A DNA stretch of 63,521 nucleotides, filler included, from Pirum gemmata (taxonomy: Eukaryota), in NCBI GenBank assembly GCA_002812295.1. It is 11 parts of 11 records of this genome, joined end to end, with 100 filler letters (N's around TTAATTAATTAA, not from the genome) between each part and the next. Parts side by side here need not be neighbours in the genome. Positions count along the whole stretch, not along the records: positions 35,045 to 40,840 come from PDIN01000436.1; positions 40,941 to 46,757 come from PDIN01000437.1; positions 46,858 to 52,648 come from PDIN01000438.1; 8 more parts are not named here. The stretch is one strand, 5' to 3'. Positions 36,200 through 48,869 of this stretch are shown here, in pieces. The notes beneath the pieces were generated by a model, which was not told the origin of the DNA, did no database searches, and was given only the letters and a program-made list of their open reading frames with translations. Positions within the stretch are counted from its first letter, which is position 1; each line of letters begins with the position of its first letter. The position numbers and the translations under genes were made by a program.

Positions 36200-37583
36200 A
36201 ATTAATTAAATAATTGATGATTAAAAAATTACCCGATTCTTTGTTTTAATTAATCAATTTATAATTAGGATTTGTATTTGAATTATAGTTATGATTATTA
36301 ATTATTTTTATTAATTATAATATAATATGTAAATCCAAAATATTAATTTTTTAAATAATATAACTGCTAACGTTATTAATAACGATAATATTAAACATAA
36401 AAAAAAATGCTATTAATACCAAATGCACTCCTTAAATTAATATTATATTGTTATTATTAATACAACTGGAAAAATTCAAAATATTTATTTAAAAAATTAC
36501 ATATATTAATATTAATATATTAATATACATATAATACTATCTCATAACTTGAATATGATTTTTAATATTATCAATCTAAAGTGTTCTAAAAATTTAATGC
36601 TAATCTGAATTAATATTTTAAAATGTAGATTAATCGTGTATTTTTTGCGAACGGTCTTGCATTAACGTTAATAACTCTTAAGCTTGTATTAGCCCCTGGA
36701 GCTCGTTGCTGTTGTTTCTACAGAATGGGATACAAAAACTGGCACCGATTTAGACAACGCCAAAAATTTAGTTGGCGGTCAACAGAATGGGCAGTAGCTT
36801 ATGTGTTGTTTCAATAAGTTTTATTTTTGATGGAATGAAGTCGACGTTATGTTTAAATTACTTTTTATTTGTGCGCAGTTAGTTCCCCGTTTGTAAAAGT
36901 TGCTAACATAGCTTCATTAATATTTGCCGCTACATAGTATGTAATGTATTGTCGTTTGCAAATATGATAATTATGGTGGTTTTCACGGGACTCCATTTTG
37001 TGATACTTGGTTATTGTTTACCTGGTTATTCAACATGCTATGCCTATGGTGTGCTGTTGCTGCTATTGTTAAGATGTATAGATAGTGTGTATGCAAGCTC
37101 GATATTAAATTCGATTAGGGGTCGATGAATGTTATTAGTTGTAACACTGCACTGGTGTATATCTAAGGATGGATGTGACCCGGAATTCTAATAAAGAAAT
37201 TTAAAATAACGGATTCAGACTATGATGCTATTAATAACTAATACTATAAAAACTATTACGTCAATTTCGTTCTTGACATAGTTTAGAAAGCCCTTTAATA
37301 AGAAAACGTTATTTTCAATGTTTGTGAATTTGATATTTATGAACAATTATTCTTGTCCGGACTAACTTGGTAGTTTTTTGGTTTATTTTGAATTTTCAAT
37401 AATCTACTAAAACTGTAGCACTACTGAAAGTGAGCGACAGGCGGAGACTCGGGCTTTTATCTTTGGGAACGGATTCTCAATCTGTTCGGACTAACCAACC
37501 ATAGACACTTTATGCACAATAAATATAATATTATATTATACAATTTATAATTTTTTCATATTATGAAATAATAATTCTTAAAA

Positions 37584-38642
37584 TTATTTAGAAACTTCTT
37601 CTTGTACCATACTGCATTTCTTTCCCATTCCGTTCACTTCATTCTTTTCTTCTGTGTGAGAATTAAGAGATTTATTTTCACTTTCCAAAGAAACCGACCG
37701 TACTGCACCACCTTTCTGATTAGCTTTTACTTTGTGAGCTTGCTCAACAAATGACATATCTAACTCTTCCCATGTAATGTTTGGATCCAACTCACTGTGT
37801 CTTTTCAAGAAGTTGTCATACAATTGATTAAAAGGTTGCATTGAAAACACGGTCATCTGAGTATGGTAAAAGGCCATTGTGGCCCTTAATGCTATGTCTT
37901 GCTTCAATTCTATAGCTTTATTCATGTTAGTTATGCAAATTCTTTCTTGCTCTTCATACGCTTCGGTTAAGGCTTTGACTTGAGCTTCAGCTTTATATAA
38001 TTTCGTTTTGGCCTTAGGGGTATCCGAGTTTTTAGAGTGTTCACAATCCGTAACTTTAGCCCGGTAATAATCTAATTCTTTAACGTATCCGTTTCTTTTA
38101 ACAACTTGTGCGTGTATTTTTTCCAAAAGTTTTATGTAGTTTTTAATTTCTAAACGACAACTTGGAAGCTTCCCGTCCTCTTTAACAATCGTTTGAGATT
38201 TATCATGCCAACTATTTAACAAAGCAGTAGGTTCCATACGCAATATATTATTGTGCTCACTATTTTTCGCTTTAAGAAAATCATCAGACTCTACAACGGG
38301 TTTAGGAGATTTACTTAAATGCCCAGTCAATTCTTCTCTTCCTACAGAAACCGCTGAATCCACAGAAACGGCAGCAACTTTTGATTTTTTTTGTTTTTTA
38401 CTTTGTTTTTTTGTAGGTTGTTTAGTTTGAAAAAACTTTTCGTAAGCGACAACATACTGGATGTTTGAGGTTTGGAGTTTTTTCCATCCTGCTCCTACCC
38501 CTTGCATAGCCTCGTTTAAAGCTTTCACTTCTTCATCAATGAGCTTAAAATTCATATACAAAACGTCAAAATCAGAATTGGAAGTTTTTTCGGCAGGTTT
38601 GACTTTGTGAGTCCCAAACGATTTCTTCATAGAATGCAACAT
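37584..38642 (-). CDS. N-BAR domain protein (amphiphysin/Rvs/Bin3-like), 352 aa
   Basis: Long clean helical ORF. KTSNSDFD...F...EEVKAL and KRNGYVKELDYYRAKV...KLYKAE...Y follow the BAR pattern. Confidence 0.72.
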   Translation of the reverse strand: MLHSMKKSFGTHKVKPAEKTSNSDFDVLYMNFKLIDEEVKALNEAMQGVGAGWKKLQTSNIQYVVAYEKFFQTKQPTKKQSKKQKKSKVAAVSVDSAVSVGREELTGHLSKSPKPVVESDDFLKAKNSEHNNILRMEPTALLNSWHDKSQTIVKEDGKLPSCRLEIKNYIKLLEKIHAQVVKRNGYVKELDYYRAKVTDCEHSKNSDTPKAKTKLYKAEAQVKALTEAYEEQERICITNMNKAIELKQDIALRATMAFYHTQMTVFSMQPFNQLYDNFLKRHSELDPNITWEELDMSFVEQAHKVKANQKGGAVRSVSLESENKSLNSHTEEKNEVNGMGKKCSMVQEEVSK

Positions 38643-38906
38643 AATTTTTTTTGTAACACGCGTATTATTTTACTATTCTATTATTTTTTTGGATTTTAAA
38701 ATCTGTAGTTGGTTTTCGTCAGGGTTTTTGTTGTAATTGTGTAACTTTTTTTAAAAAATTAAAGATTTCTTTTTTGTGAATTATAATAGTTTTCAAAAAT
38801 TTGTTGATTTTTTTATGATTATTAATTTATCATAAATTATGCAGTAATTATGCTCGTTTTCATGTAAAAAAAAAGTTTTTATATTACTTTTTGGATCTTT
38901 TAGTAT

Positions 38907-39003
<97 letters not shown>

Positions 39004-40940
39004 TTTTTTTTTGCCAATTTTCAATTTTTCAAGTAGAGGTTCCTGAAATAGGCCTATAATTGGTTAACATTGGTACAACTCCAAATGATTCCAATTTGTT
39101 TTGTTATAATTCTTTTTATTAGTCTACTATTTTACTTTTAGCACTTTTTAGCTATAATATATTTCTTCTATGCATTATTAGTCTACCAATAGTTACTTTT
39201 AGTTCTACAACAAACTATCTTAGTCTTTTGAAGTAGAGAACAGTCTAGTTATCATAATCTAGCTAGCACCTTCCAGCCACACTTCCTGAATCCCAACTTT
39301 CCAAGTAGATTTCCAACTTTCAAGAACAGTTTTCGTTTCAATTAATATAAGTTATATAACATAACTATAACATACCGTTACATACGTAGTCTAAAATTCA
39401 GGAGTGCATTCTTTCATAAATAAACTAATCAAAATAAACTAAACCTGCTTTAGTGTTGATATTATTACACATTTATTATTTTAGTTTATTATTATACAAT
39501 AATAACAATACATCATAAACTATCAAAACAAAATAAAAATGAAAGCATTGATTACACACCACATTATAATATAAATTATAATATAATAATAATTTATTGA
39601 TCTAATATTATTATCAATTCGTGTTACGTCACTGGTAGTATTGATTAACGATATAATAAATGATGTTATTGATAATAATACCACTATATTTATCATAATA
39701 TAGAAACAAAATATTTCCCCTTTTAATTAAAATAAAGTAGTAGACTATTAGTATTGTCATAAAAGTTACAAGAAAATTTAGTTAGACACATACACACACT
39801 ACAAAGTTTACTGACAAACTTTATCATATCATAGTAGATATCACTATCCACACGAATATACTACGAATATCCAGTATATCCATTCTAGTAGTGAATTTTG
39901 TAAGACTCGAAAAAAAAAAACTATTCAGACTTCCAATTTTAAGTGTTTTTATTAGACTATATAGTTTACAAATTATCTGATAGAACTAAGCTAAGTAGGC
40001 ATACTACTACTAGAGATTACTGACGGTCAGGACTACTGTCTACAAAACTGGCTATCATACCAGACTACTCGTAACTACGATTGCTATCAAAGTGAAAGGT
40101 AAACATACGTATTACTCAATTAGTACTAAATTATTTATTATACCCAGTATTATTATGATATTTGAATTAATACAAGGTTATACTTTTTTTTAATTATAAT
40201 ACTATTAATATCTATTTTGAATTTTAGAACAAAACAAAAAAAGAAAGAAAGAAAGAAACCTATGAATATAATATCAATATGATTGTATATGGTACGTACT
40301 ACATAGACAATAAAAAATAAAGGAACTCTTTTAAAATTAAAATTAAAAAAAAAGGAAAAAGGAAAAATATGCCATAATTACAAAAAAAGCAAAAAAAACA
40401 AAAAAAAAAAATTACAATTCACACACCTACGCTCAGAAAGTGCTCAGACACCTACGCATACACCTAGCTAGCCAGACGCATAAACAATGTTAGTAACTGT
40501 GTTACACACTTTTACACTGTGTTACAGTTGTGTTACACACTCTGCTACGTTTTAAAATACACACTAATATTATCAAAGTTTATTATAGTAGACTAATAAG
40601 GTAGCTAGACAGATACGCATACACCTTAGTTACTTAGTAGTCACCGAGAGTCAAGCTGAGAGTCACCTAGCTAGCTAGTAGCTAGACGATTCCTACACAC
40701 ACAATTCAATGTAGTCAAAATCAATGTTTATCATCTACAGTAGGTTATTTTTTTTAAAAAAAAAGAGTATGATAGACTACTAAGGGCCTAAGGCCTGCTA
40801 ATAGTCTTAGGACGCCATAGCTAGACAGATCCTGCAAAAANNNNNNNNNNNNNNNNNNNNNNNNNNNNNNNNNNNNNNNNNNNNTTAATTAATTAANNNN
40901 NNNNNNNNNNNNNNNNNNNNNNNNNNNNNNNNNNNNNNNN

Positions 40941-41008
<68 letters not shown>

Positions 41009-41997
41009 AAAAAAAAAAATTCAAAACCATAATTCTCAGCTGGTATCAGTCTACTACTGTCAGTTGCTAGTTGATGACTTTGCATTTATATAGTGAAGTT
41101 CTCTTTCCGCGTATCCTGGTGGGCCAGTGGCGGCAGTAGCTTTAGCACGTGGAAACTATTGCGTCATAATTGTAAATCATAATAACATTTAGTATTAAAT
41201 TATTACGTCATATTATTATTAATATTGCAAACTGAGATCCAGAGTTGAATTTGAACTTTTTTCTTCAGGTTTTTCTTTTCAGCATAAAGCTAGCTAGACT
41301 AGCTACTACTATCATGATACTATCATAGCGTAGGTAGACCCCAGCTCCCCACAATTCAGACTAGCTAGAGTCTATTTACGATATGAAAGGCGTATGAGTA
41401 TCAGAGCAAGCCAAGTTTCCCTATGACATACTTTTTGCGTGCTACTATCAATCTATCAATATTACTATCGATATTACACCTGATAGACCCGGTCTTTTAG
41501 AGGCTTAATAATAGTTAGAGGTGTGTTAGAAGCCTACAACCTACTAGCGCTTTTTGGTGTCTTTTTTGTGCTTTTTCCGTGTTCTTCAGAACTTCTTCTA
41601 CTCATTGTTCAATTGTTTTTTCTGTACAAACAATTAGGCACAAACAGAGTATCATGATACAATTTCATACAAACAGATGTCCTCATTATTAGCTACTAAC
41701 TGAACCTATTATTGAGCTCGAGGGCATTAAATTTATAAATTTTTCTTTAAATATTAATAATAATAATAATAATATAATAATTTATATAATAATAACTAAC
41801 TATCGATCAATTGTATTGTATTTGTTATAATTACTAACAATAATCATAATAATACTCATATAGCTTTCATATGATGTTTGTAAGAATATCAATAATAACA
41901 GATTCGGAAGCTTATTATGAAAACGATATTAATAATATTAATTAAATAATGAAATTTTAAATAAATAATAAATATATACTTTTTTTTTTTTTTTTAA

Positions 41998-42213
41998 CAA
42001 CCAATCCGGATAAAAATGAAGACCATATGAGCTCAAAAATCCAAAAATCTCAAAATGACCCAATTTTACTGAAAGTACTACCAAATTTTCAGAAATAATC
42101 AAATTAAAAACTCTATTATGAATCAATAGCTAGTTTTTAAAAATAATTTGGCTAGTTATAATTAATATTTTAGAAAGGAAGTCTAAAAAAAAATGATTTC
42201 TACAGCTTTATCC
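41998..42213 (+). mobile_element. MITE family C copy, right end lost
   Basis: Starts TTAA-CAACCAATCCGGATAAAA; internal match to the family. Confidence 0.75.
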
Positions 42214-42931
42214 AGAAAAGAAAAAAAAAAAAAAAAAAAAAATAAAAAAAAAAAAATTCAAAATTGAGTAGTTTTTCTGATTTATATTGTTATATATTAT
42301 AAAGTATTTTTAGTACTATTGTATTAATAATATATTATATTACTAGTATTGTATTTATAATATTTCTATACTATTTCTATCTAGTATCATATTTCTTATC
42401 GATAGTGTTCGCCCAAGTCCCATGGGTACTATATAAAGGTACTCATATACCGAATATAGTAACTGAATACAAAAGTGCCACTATTCGTACTTTTATCACT
42501 TTTTATCTCATAAAGTGTCTATTTATATAAGTCAACTAAATCAGCACGTGATAACCCGTTACTTGCCGTTTAATAATATGTTGGTTTTCTGTTGGTTTTA
42601 GTTGGTTTTTGATTAATTAGACTTCAATTTGGTGCTTAACTCGCTTAACTCGTATTACTGTGATAATCTATATATAGATGACATTGTAGTGTTAACTTGA
42701 ATTTGGAAAGGTTCCATTATTGGTAATTAGTTGCGCTATCAAAGTGAGCTGAGGCTGCTGAGCAGCCTGAGCTGAGGGTCGTAGACTCGTAGTCTAGAGC
42801 TCAATGTCAAGTTGCGCCCAGCCTCCGTCAACTTCCTTTATCTATCATTAAAAAATATGATGGTCTAGTAGCTTCAATGCGGCTTCATTGCTTCAAGCCT
42901 TCAACTTCCCTGCCTTCTGAGACAAAAAAAA

Positions 42932-43017
42932 GTTTACACGGGTGATAAACATTAGCGTAGACCCCCGGGTCTAGTGTCACCCGTGTAGACAATAAAAAGT
43001 CTACACGGGTGATACAC
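42932..43017. repeat. Three alternating inverted copies of GTCTACACGGGTGA around a central palindrome
   Basis: Copies at 42932, 42977 (inverted) and 42999; TAGACCCCCGGGTCTA at 42958-42973. Confidence 0.85.
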
Positions 43018-43379
43018 ATCAATAATATATTATAATCATAAGTAGTCTAACTAGGATAAATTGGATATGATACTAATAATTGGATAATGAGTCGTCCAGC
43101 ATCCTCTTGCGTCCCGACTCCCCAGCTCCATCCAGACTTCCAGAGTCCAGGCTCCCTGGTCATCCTCCTTGTTCAAAATCGATCAGCCAATCACCAGAGT
43201 TTAGTGAGGGATTTAGTATCAGCTCAGTGTCAGAGATAAACTCAGATAATGGATCGATTTGTAAACTGTTTTTCGGGTTGACTCTCGCACGTCGCACGAG
43301 TCGCACGCCGAAAAAAAAAAAGGTGAAAAAAGAAACTAAAAAAAGCAACATCAACTCAACAGCAACAAGACTTAGTTGT

Positions 43380-43502
43380 CAACAACAGCTGGTCAACAAC
43401 AAGCAACAACAGCTGGTCAACAACAAGCAACAACAGCTGGTCAACAACAAGCAACAACAGCTGGTCAGCAACAAGCAACAACAACGGCTGGTCAACAACA
43501 AT

Positions 43503-43558
<56 letters not shown>

Positions 43559-43559
43559 C
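43380..43559. repeat. 24-bp tandem repeat (about 5 copies) followed by (CAA)n
   Basis: CAACAGCTGGTCAACAACAAGCAA units. Confidence 0.92.
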
Positions 43560-43791
43560 TATGAATACCTCTGTGACGTGTGGGTCTCATGCTGATAATT
43601 ATGCATAGACTACACTCCGGATCCGGAACCCTGAATCCCTGATACTCTCTGTTGTTTACAAACACTGACTTGGATAGTTGTAAGTCTGATAAACAGTACC
43701 TAGTAGACCCCAGTTTAGCTGATACAAAATATCGAAAGAAACAAAACAAAACACAAAAGAAAGAAAAGAAAACACAAAAGAAAAGAAAACA

Positions 43792-43825
<34 letters not shown>

Positions 43826-44215
43826 ACAAAACAAAACAAAACAAAACAAAACAAAACAAACTCAGATTAGAAAGCTATTTCTAACTAAAGAATACTTTTC
43901 TAAAGAATTTAGTAGAAGAGTTTTTTAACTTTTAGAAGACTCTTTTAGTTAGAAGCTTCTTTTTTTTTTACTATTAAGAGCACAAATTAAAGCCTATCAG
44001 CTATCAGATACCGTAGCTCATAGTCTTATTGATAATAACAATGATAAGAGTTTGATAAGATTAAAAGTAGTCTGTAGTTCATGTAGTTCAACAAGCGTAG
44101 TTCAAAAGTAGTTGATCTTCTATCATATCAGATAGCTAGCTAGTAGCTAGCTACGATACTAGCTTAGTAGGTAGACAGATGAAGTCTTGCAAGTTGCAAA
44201 TGAAGTATAAATGGG

Positions 44216-44402
44216 TAGTGCTTTTCAGTTGTTTTGTCATCATGAAATATACAATAAATAGTACCAAATTAATACAATATAAATCCATTTAGATTAATTT
44301 GGTATGTTTTATTGTTTATTTATTGATTTAAAAATGTCAATTTAAAGATTATAACCCTCCCAATAAATATTTAGAGTGACAAAATAAATGAAAAGCACGA
44401 TA
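44216..44402 (-). mobile_element. MITE family B, full-length
   Basis: TAGTGCTTTTCA...TGAAAAGCACGATA. Confidence 0.85.
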
Positions 44403-44617
44403 CAATCAGTACTTCAATGAGGGTCTCCTTTACTAGCTAGCTATCATAGTAGGCAACTGTAGGCTAAGTAGTCTAGCTATGATAGTGGCTAAGCTCTATC
44501 AGCGATAGCTAGCTAGCTAGTCCTAGTAAGTCCTAGTAGTTATGATAGTAGTGGCTAACTAAAGTCTAACTAGCTAGCTAGACTAGACAAAACTTTTGAC
44601 TATCTGAAGAACAAGAT

Positions 44618-44879
44618 CCCTAACCCTAACCCTAACCCTAACCCTAACCCTAACCCTAACCCTAACCCTAACCCTAACCCTAACCCTAACCCTAACCCTA
44701 ACCCTAACCCTAACCCTAACCCTAACNNNNNNNNNNNNNNNNNNNNNNNNNNNNNNNNNNNNNNNNNNNNNNNNNNNNNNNNNNNNNCTTAATTAAAACC
44801 CTAACCCTAACCCTAACCCTAACCCTAACCCTAACCCTAACCCTAACCTTAATTAAAACCCTAACCCTAACCCTAACCC
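44618..44879 (-). repeat. Interstitial (CCCTAA)n array spanning a gap; smaller array at 45316-45362
   Basis: Seen directly; internal to the scaffold. Confidence 0.93.
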
Positions 44880-44971
44880 AAACAGTTTCAAAAGACTATA
44901 TGATACATTAATATAAGTAGAACCCTATGATACAATCTGAGATGATACAATCATACAAAACATAGTTTAGC

Positions 44972-45110
44972 TATTGTGCTTTTCAGTTGTTTTATCATCA
45001 TAAAATATACAATAAATAGTACCAAATTAATATAATATAAATCTATTTAATTTAATTTGTCAATTTAAATATTATAACCCTCCAAATAAATATAAATGGA
45101 AAGCTCGATA
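44972..45110 (-). mobile_element. MITE family B, internally deleted copy
   Basis: TATTGTGCTTTTCA...TGGAAAGCTCGATA. Confidence 0.78.
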
Positions 45111-45821
45111 CCGGTATAATTATATATAACTAAACTTATATCATAATTAACAATTTTAATAACATTAATATTGTAAACGAAAATCAAAATCAAAGCAGCT
45201 AAAATAACCAAATTGATCAAAATAATTATATTATTAATACTTTTTTATTTTTTATTTATATGATATAACCAAATTTTTGTGGGGTATCGTTCGAATACTT
45301 CTTGTGTCAAGGCATAACCCTAACCCTAACCCTAACCCTAACCCTAACCCTAACCCTAACCTGATATATAATAATATATATAAATAAAATGGATAATAAA
45401 GAAAAAAGAAACCCCCCCAAAAAAATAGCTCAAGCTCTTGAAAGTAGCTTGCTACTTAAATAAACGAGTTGCCTGTATTAAAATATTATTAAAAGGCAAG
45501 GAAGGCTCAAGGAAGGCTCAAGGAAGTTAGTGGAATGAAGTGGAATCATCGAAAAAAATTCGAATATATATTCTAACACATATCAGATAGTTCTAGAAGT
45601 ATTCTAGATTGAGTTCTAAAGACATGAATCTACCAACTACTAAGCTTTAAATAGCTGAAAAGCATAACCACCCCCAAAACACCAGTTACTATTCCTATAT
45701 TTAGATTTTAGCTACGGTAGAGTTACGGTAGTTAGATTTTAGGCAAGTCCCAGAATAAAAAAAAATACTAGAAAAAAAAAAAAAAACAAAAAAAAAAAAA
45801 CACAAAAAAAAAAATTAAAAG

Positions 45822-45856
<35 letters not shown>

Positions 45857-46650
45857 GTGGTATCATGAGGATTCATGGCTGATTGAATATCGATTTTTAA
45901 TTAAAAATATGATACAAAAAAAAAAATAACAATAAACTATTATTATAAATAAATATCAATAATAAAGCAGGATTGATTAGAGATAATAAAGTAACAACTT
46001 TACACAACTAGTCAACTATGACAACAATATCAAATATATTAACAATTTATAACACAACACTACAACTACAACATTTATGATAATATTATCACTAATATTA
46101 ATTAATATTAAAATATTAAATTAATATTAAAATATTAATATTGATATTTTAATAATAATAATAATAAAAATAATAATCAATAATCAATAATCAATAATCA
46201 ATAATAATAATAATAATAATAATAAGATAGAACGGTTCCTAACAATCCAATAAATAATAAATAATTAATTAATCAATATTATAATACGATAATAGAAATA
46301 TTAAAAAAAAATGAAAGAATAATATGAGTCTATGACAACTAAATATAATATCATAAATAATAATAAATCAACAATAATAAAAATAAGAAAAGTATCATGG
46401 AAAATATATCAATATTATCAATATTCTCTGATAATATTGATAAATCTATTATTTTTATCTCTTATATAAATAATAATATTATCATTATCAGCTTTTTTTA
46501 CTAATTAAAAAAATATCAATAATGAGGTCTAGCTAGAGAACCTATTAAAAATGAGGTGAGAAATACTGTGAGAACTTATTTGGGCTTATTTGGGTTTTAA
46601 AAAACACTTTTATCATAAACCCCCAAACTCCAAATTATATAGACCGTCTG

Positions 46651-46757
46651 GTGCTTTTCAGCTGTTTTGCCATCATAAAATAGTTCCAAATTAATACAAT
46701 ATAAATCCATTTTATTTAATTTGGCATATTTTATTATCTATATATTGATTTAAAAAT
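46651..46757 (-). mobile_element. MITE family B partial copy at a scaffold end
   Basis: Starts GTGCTTTTCAG; internal match. Confidence 0.75.
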
Positions 46758-47089
46758 NNNNNNNNNNNNNNNNNNNNNNNNNNNNNNNNNNNNNNNNNNN
46801 NTTAATTAATTAANNNNNNNNNNNNNNNNNNNNNNNNNNNNNNNNNNNNNNNNNNNNTATTATTAATACTATTAATTATTATTATGAATATGAATATGAT
46901 TATGATTATAATTGCTCATTTAATAATGCCATAATAATTAAATATCCCTTTTTCCATTATTTTTCTTGAAATTTAAAGAAATCACAAGAAAGTATCAATT
47001 TATTAAAATAACAATAGAGTAAAATAACAATCAATTAATTAAAAATTAATTACTATTATTATTATATATATTATATATACCTACAAAAG

Positions 47090-48005
47090 GGGATTGCAAT
47101 TTAATCAGATAACTGAAATTAACGAAGACTTTTTAAGCAACGCTCCACAACTAACTGAACTTTCTTTATTAAGCAATAAAATTCAAGTTATTCACCACAA
47201 CTCCTTTCAAAAAACCCCAAACTTAAAGCATTTGGATTTACAATTTAATAAATTAAATTACATTGGTGGTTGGACGTCATCTTTATCTAATTTACAAACT
47301 CTAAAAATGTATAGTAATACAATTCAATACATTGATAACAAAGCTTTCGATAATGTTATCAATTTAAAAAAATTAGAATTAGGCTATAATGCCATAGTAA
47401 GTATTGAAAAAAATACATTAAGTCCTTTAATTTCTTTGACGCATTTATCATTGATGGGAAATGTTAACTTAAGAGCGTTGGATAGTGAACTATTAACAGG
47501 ATTATCTAATCTGCAATCTATTGATATCTCTAACACCGCTTTAACTACTTTACCAAAGTACATTTTTTCTGACTTAGAAAATTTAAGTCGTTTAGATATG
47601 GCTGATAATAATCAACTTAATTGTTGTGCGATTACTGATTTAGTTTTGCCTAAAAAACTACTAAATAATATGCTTGGGTTGGAGTTTTCTTTGAATACTA
47701 TGACTTTAAGGTCTTGTGGGTTACCGTCTGGGTCAATTCAAGCTCCGTTTCAAAATGGGGCTGGGTACAATGTATTGGAAACGATGGCTAAATATAAAAA
47801 AACTTGCGATTTGTGTAGTGGGAGAAAACTGTACGCGATTGCAGAAAATACTTGTGCTCCTTGTCCCCAAAATTATCGTTGTCGCGCGGGTAGGAAATTT
47901 AAAATGCATGACGCTTCGAAAATAGCAATGTTAAAAAGATTAAAAGCAACTAACCACGCTATTCCTTTTATGGAAATTATTGAAGAAAACTTGTTTGGCA
48001 TTTAG
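47090..48005 (+). CDS. Leucine-rich-repeat protein, 3' exon (5' part missing), with an LRRCT-like cap and a Cys-rich C-terminal module
   Basis: About seven 24-aa LxxLxLxxNxI repeats, NQLNCC cap, and CDLC...CAPCPQNYRC. No ATG; probable AG acceptor at 47088-47089. Confidence 0.85.
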
Positions 48006-48869
48006 ATGTATTTGGTAATTAATAATATTAATAAAGTAGTATTTTGAAAAAGTTATATGTTTGTTAATTAATAATATTAATGAAGTAATATTTTGAAAAA
48101 TTATATGTAATTTATAAGTTCCTTTTATGGAAATTAATGAGAAACTTATTTGGCATTTAGATTTATTTGGTAATCAATGATATTAATAAAGTAATATTTT
48201 GAAAAAAATTATATGTAATTTTTAGCTATGCAATAAAAATAAATAAATAAGTAATCGAACTATATAATTAATGAGTATTAGTATTATTAGTATTTATATT
48301 GGTATTAATATTATTATTAGTATTAATATTGGTATTGGTATTATTATTATTATTATTATTATTAATATTAATATTTTAATATTAGTATTAGTATTAGTAT
48401 TAGTATTATTAGTAATGATACATGTAACACTAACAACATTTTGCACTATTTTACTATTATATTAATACGATATCATAGACTGGGGATTCAGCTGCAGGAC
48501 TCTATTTTTTGTGGTAGGTGTGGTTTCATTTCGTTTTCGTCTTTTTGACAAAATAATAATATAATAATTACATAGGCACTTTTTGCGACAAATGTGACAA
48601 AATGTGCGAAATCTGGCACTTTTGAATACAAATAATAATAATTATATATTAATTAATAAAAAAATGAAAAATAAAATGTAATTTTTTAAATTAAAGTATA
48701 TAAATTAAATTGAAATTGTGTATTTCTTTTTTTATTTATAAAAAAGTTAAAAAATAAATTTACAAAAATATTAAATATCTAATAATCAAACTCCGTATCA
48801 TCGGGCCAATGTTGATTCTGTGGAATACATAACGTCACGCACCTTCCCAACCTTCACCACTCTTCACCA

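Noticed and set aside
36620..37300. GC-richer stretch that looks like decayed coding sequence
   Set aside because: No long open frame and no recognisable motif in the frames I translated.
43080..43595. 171-aa ORF
   Set aside because: TTG start; built from microduplications, a 24-bp repeat and (CAA)n; no domain.
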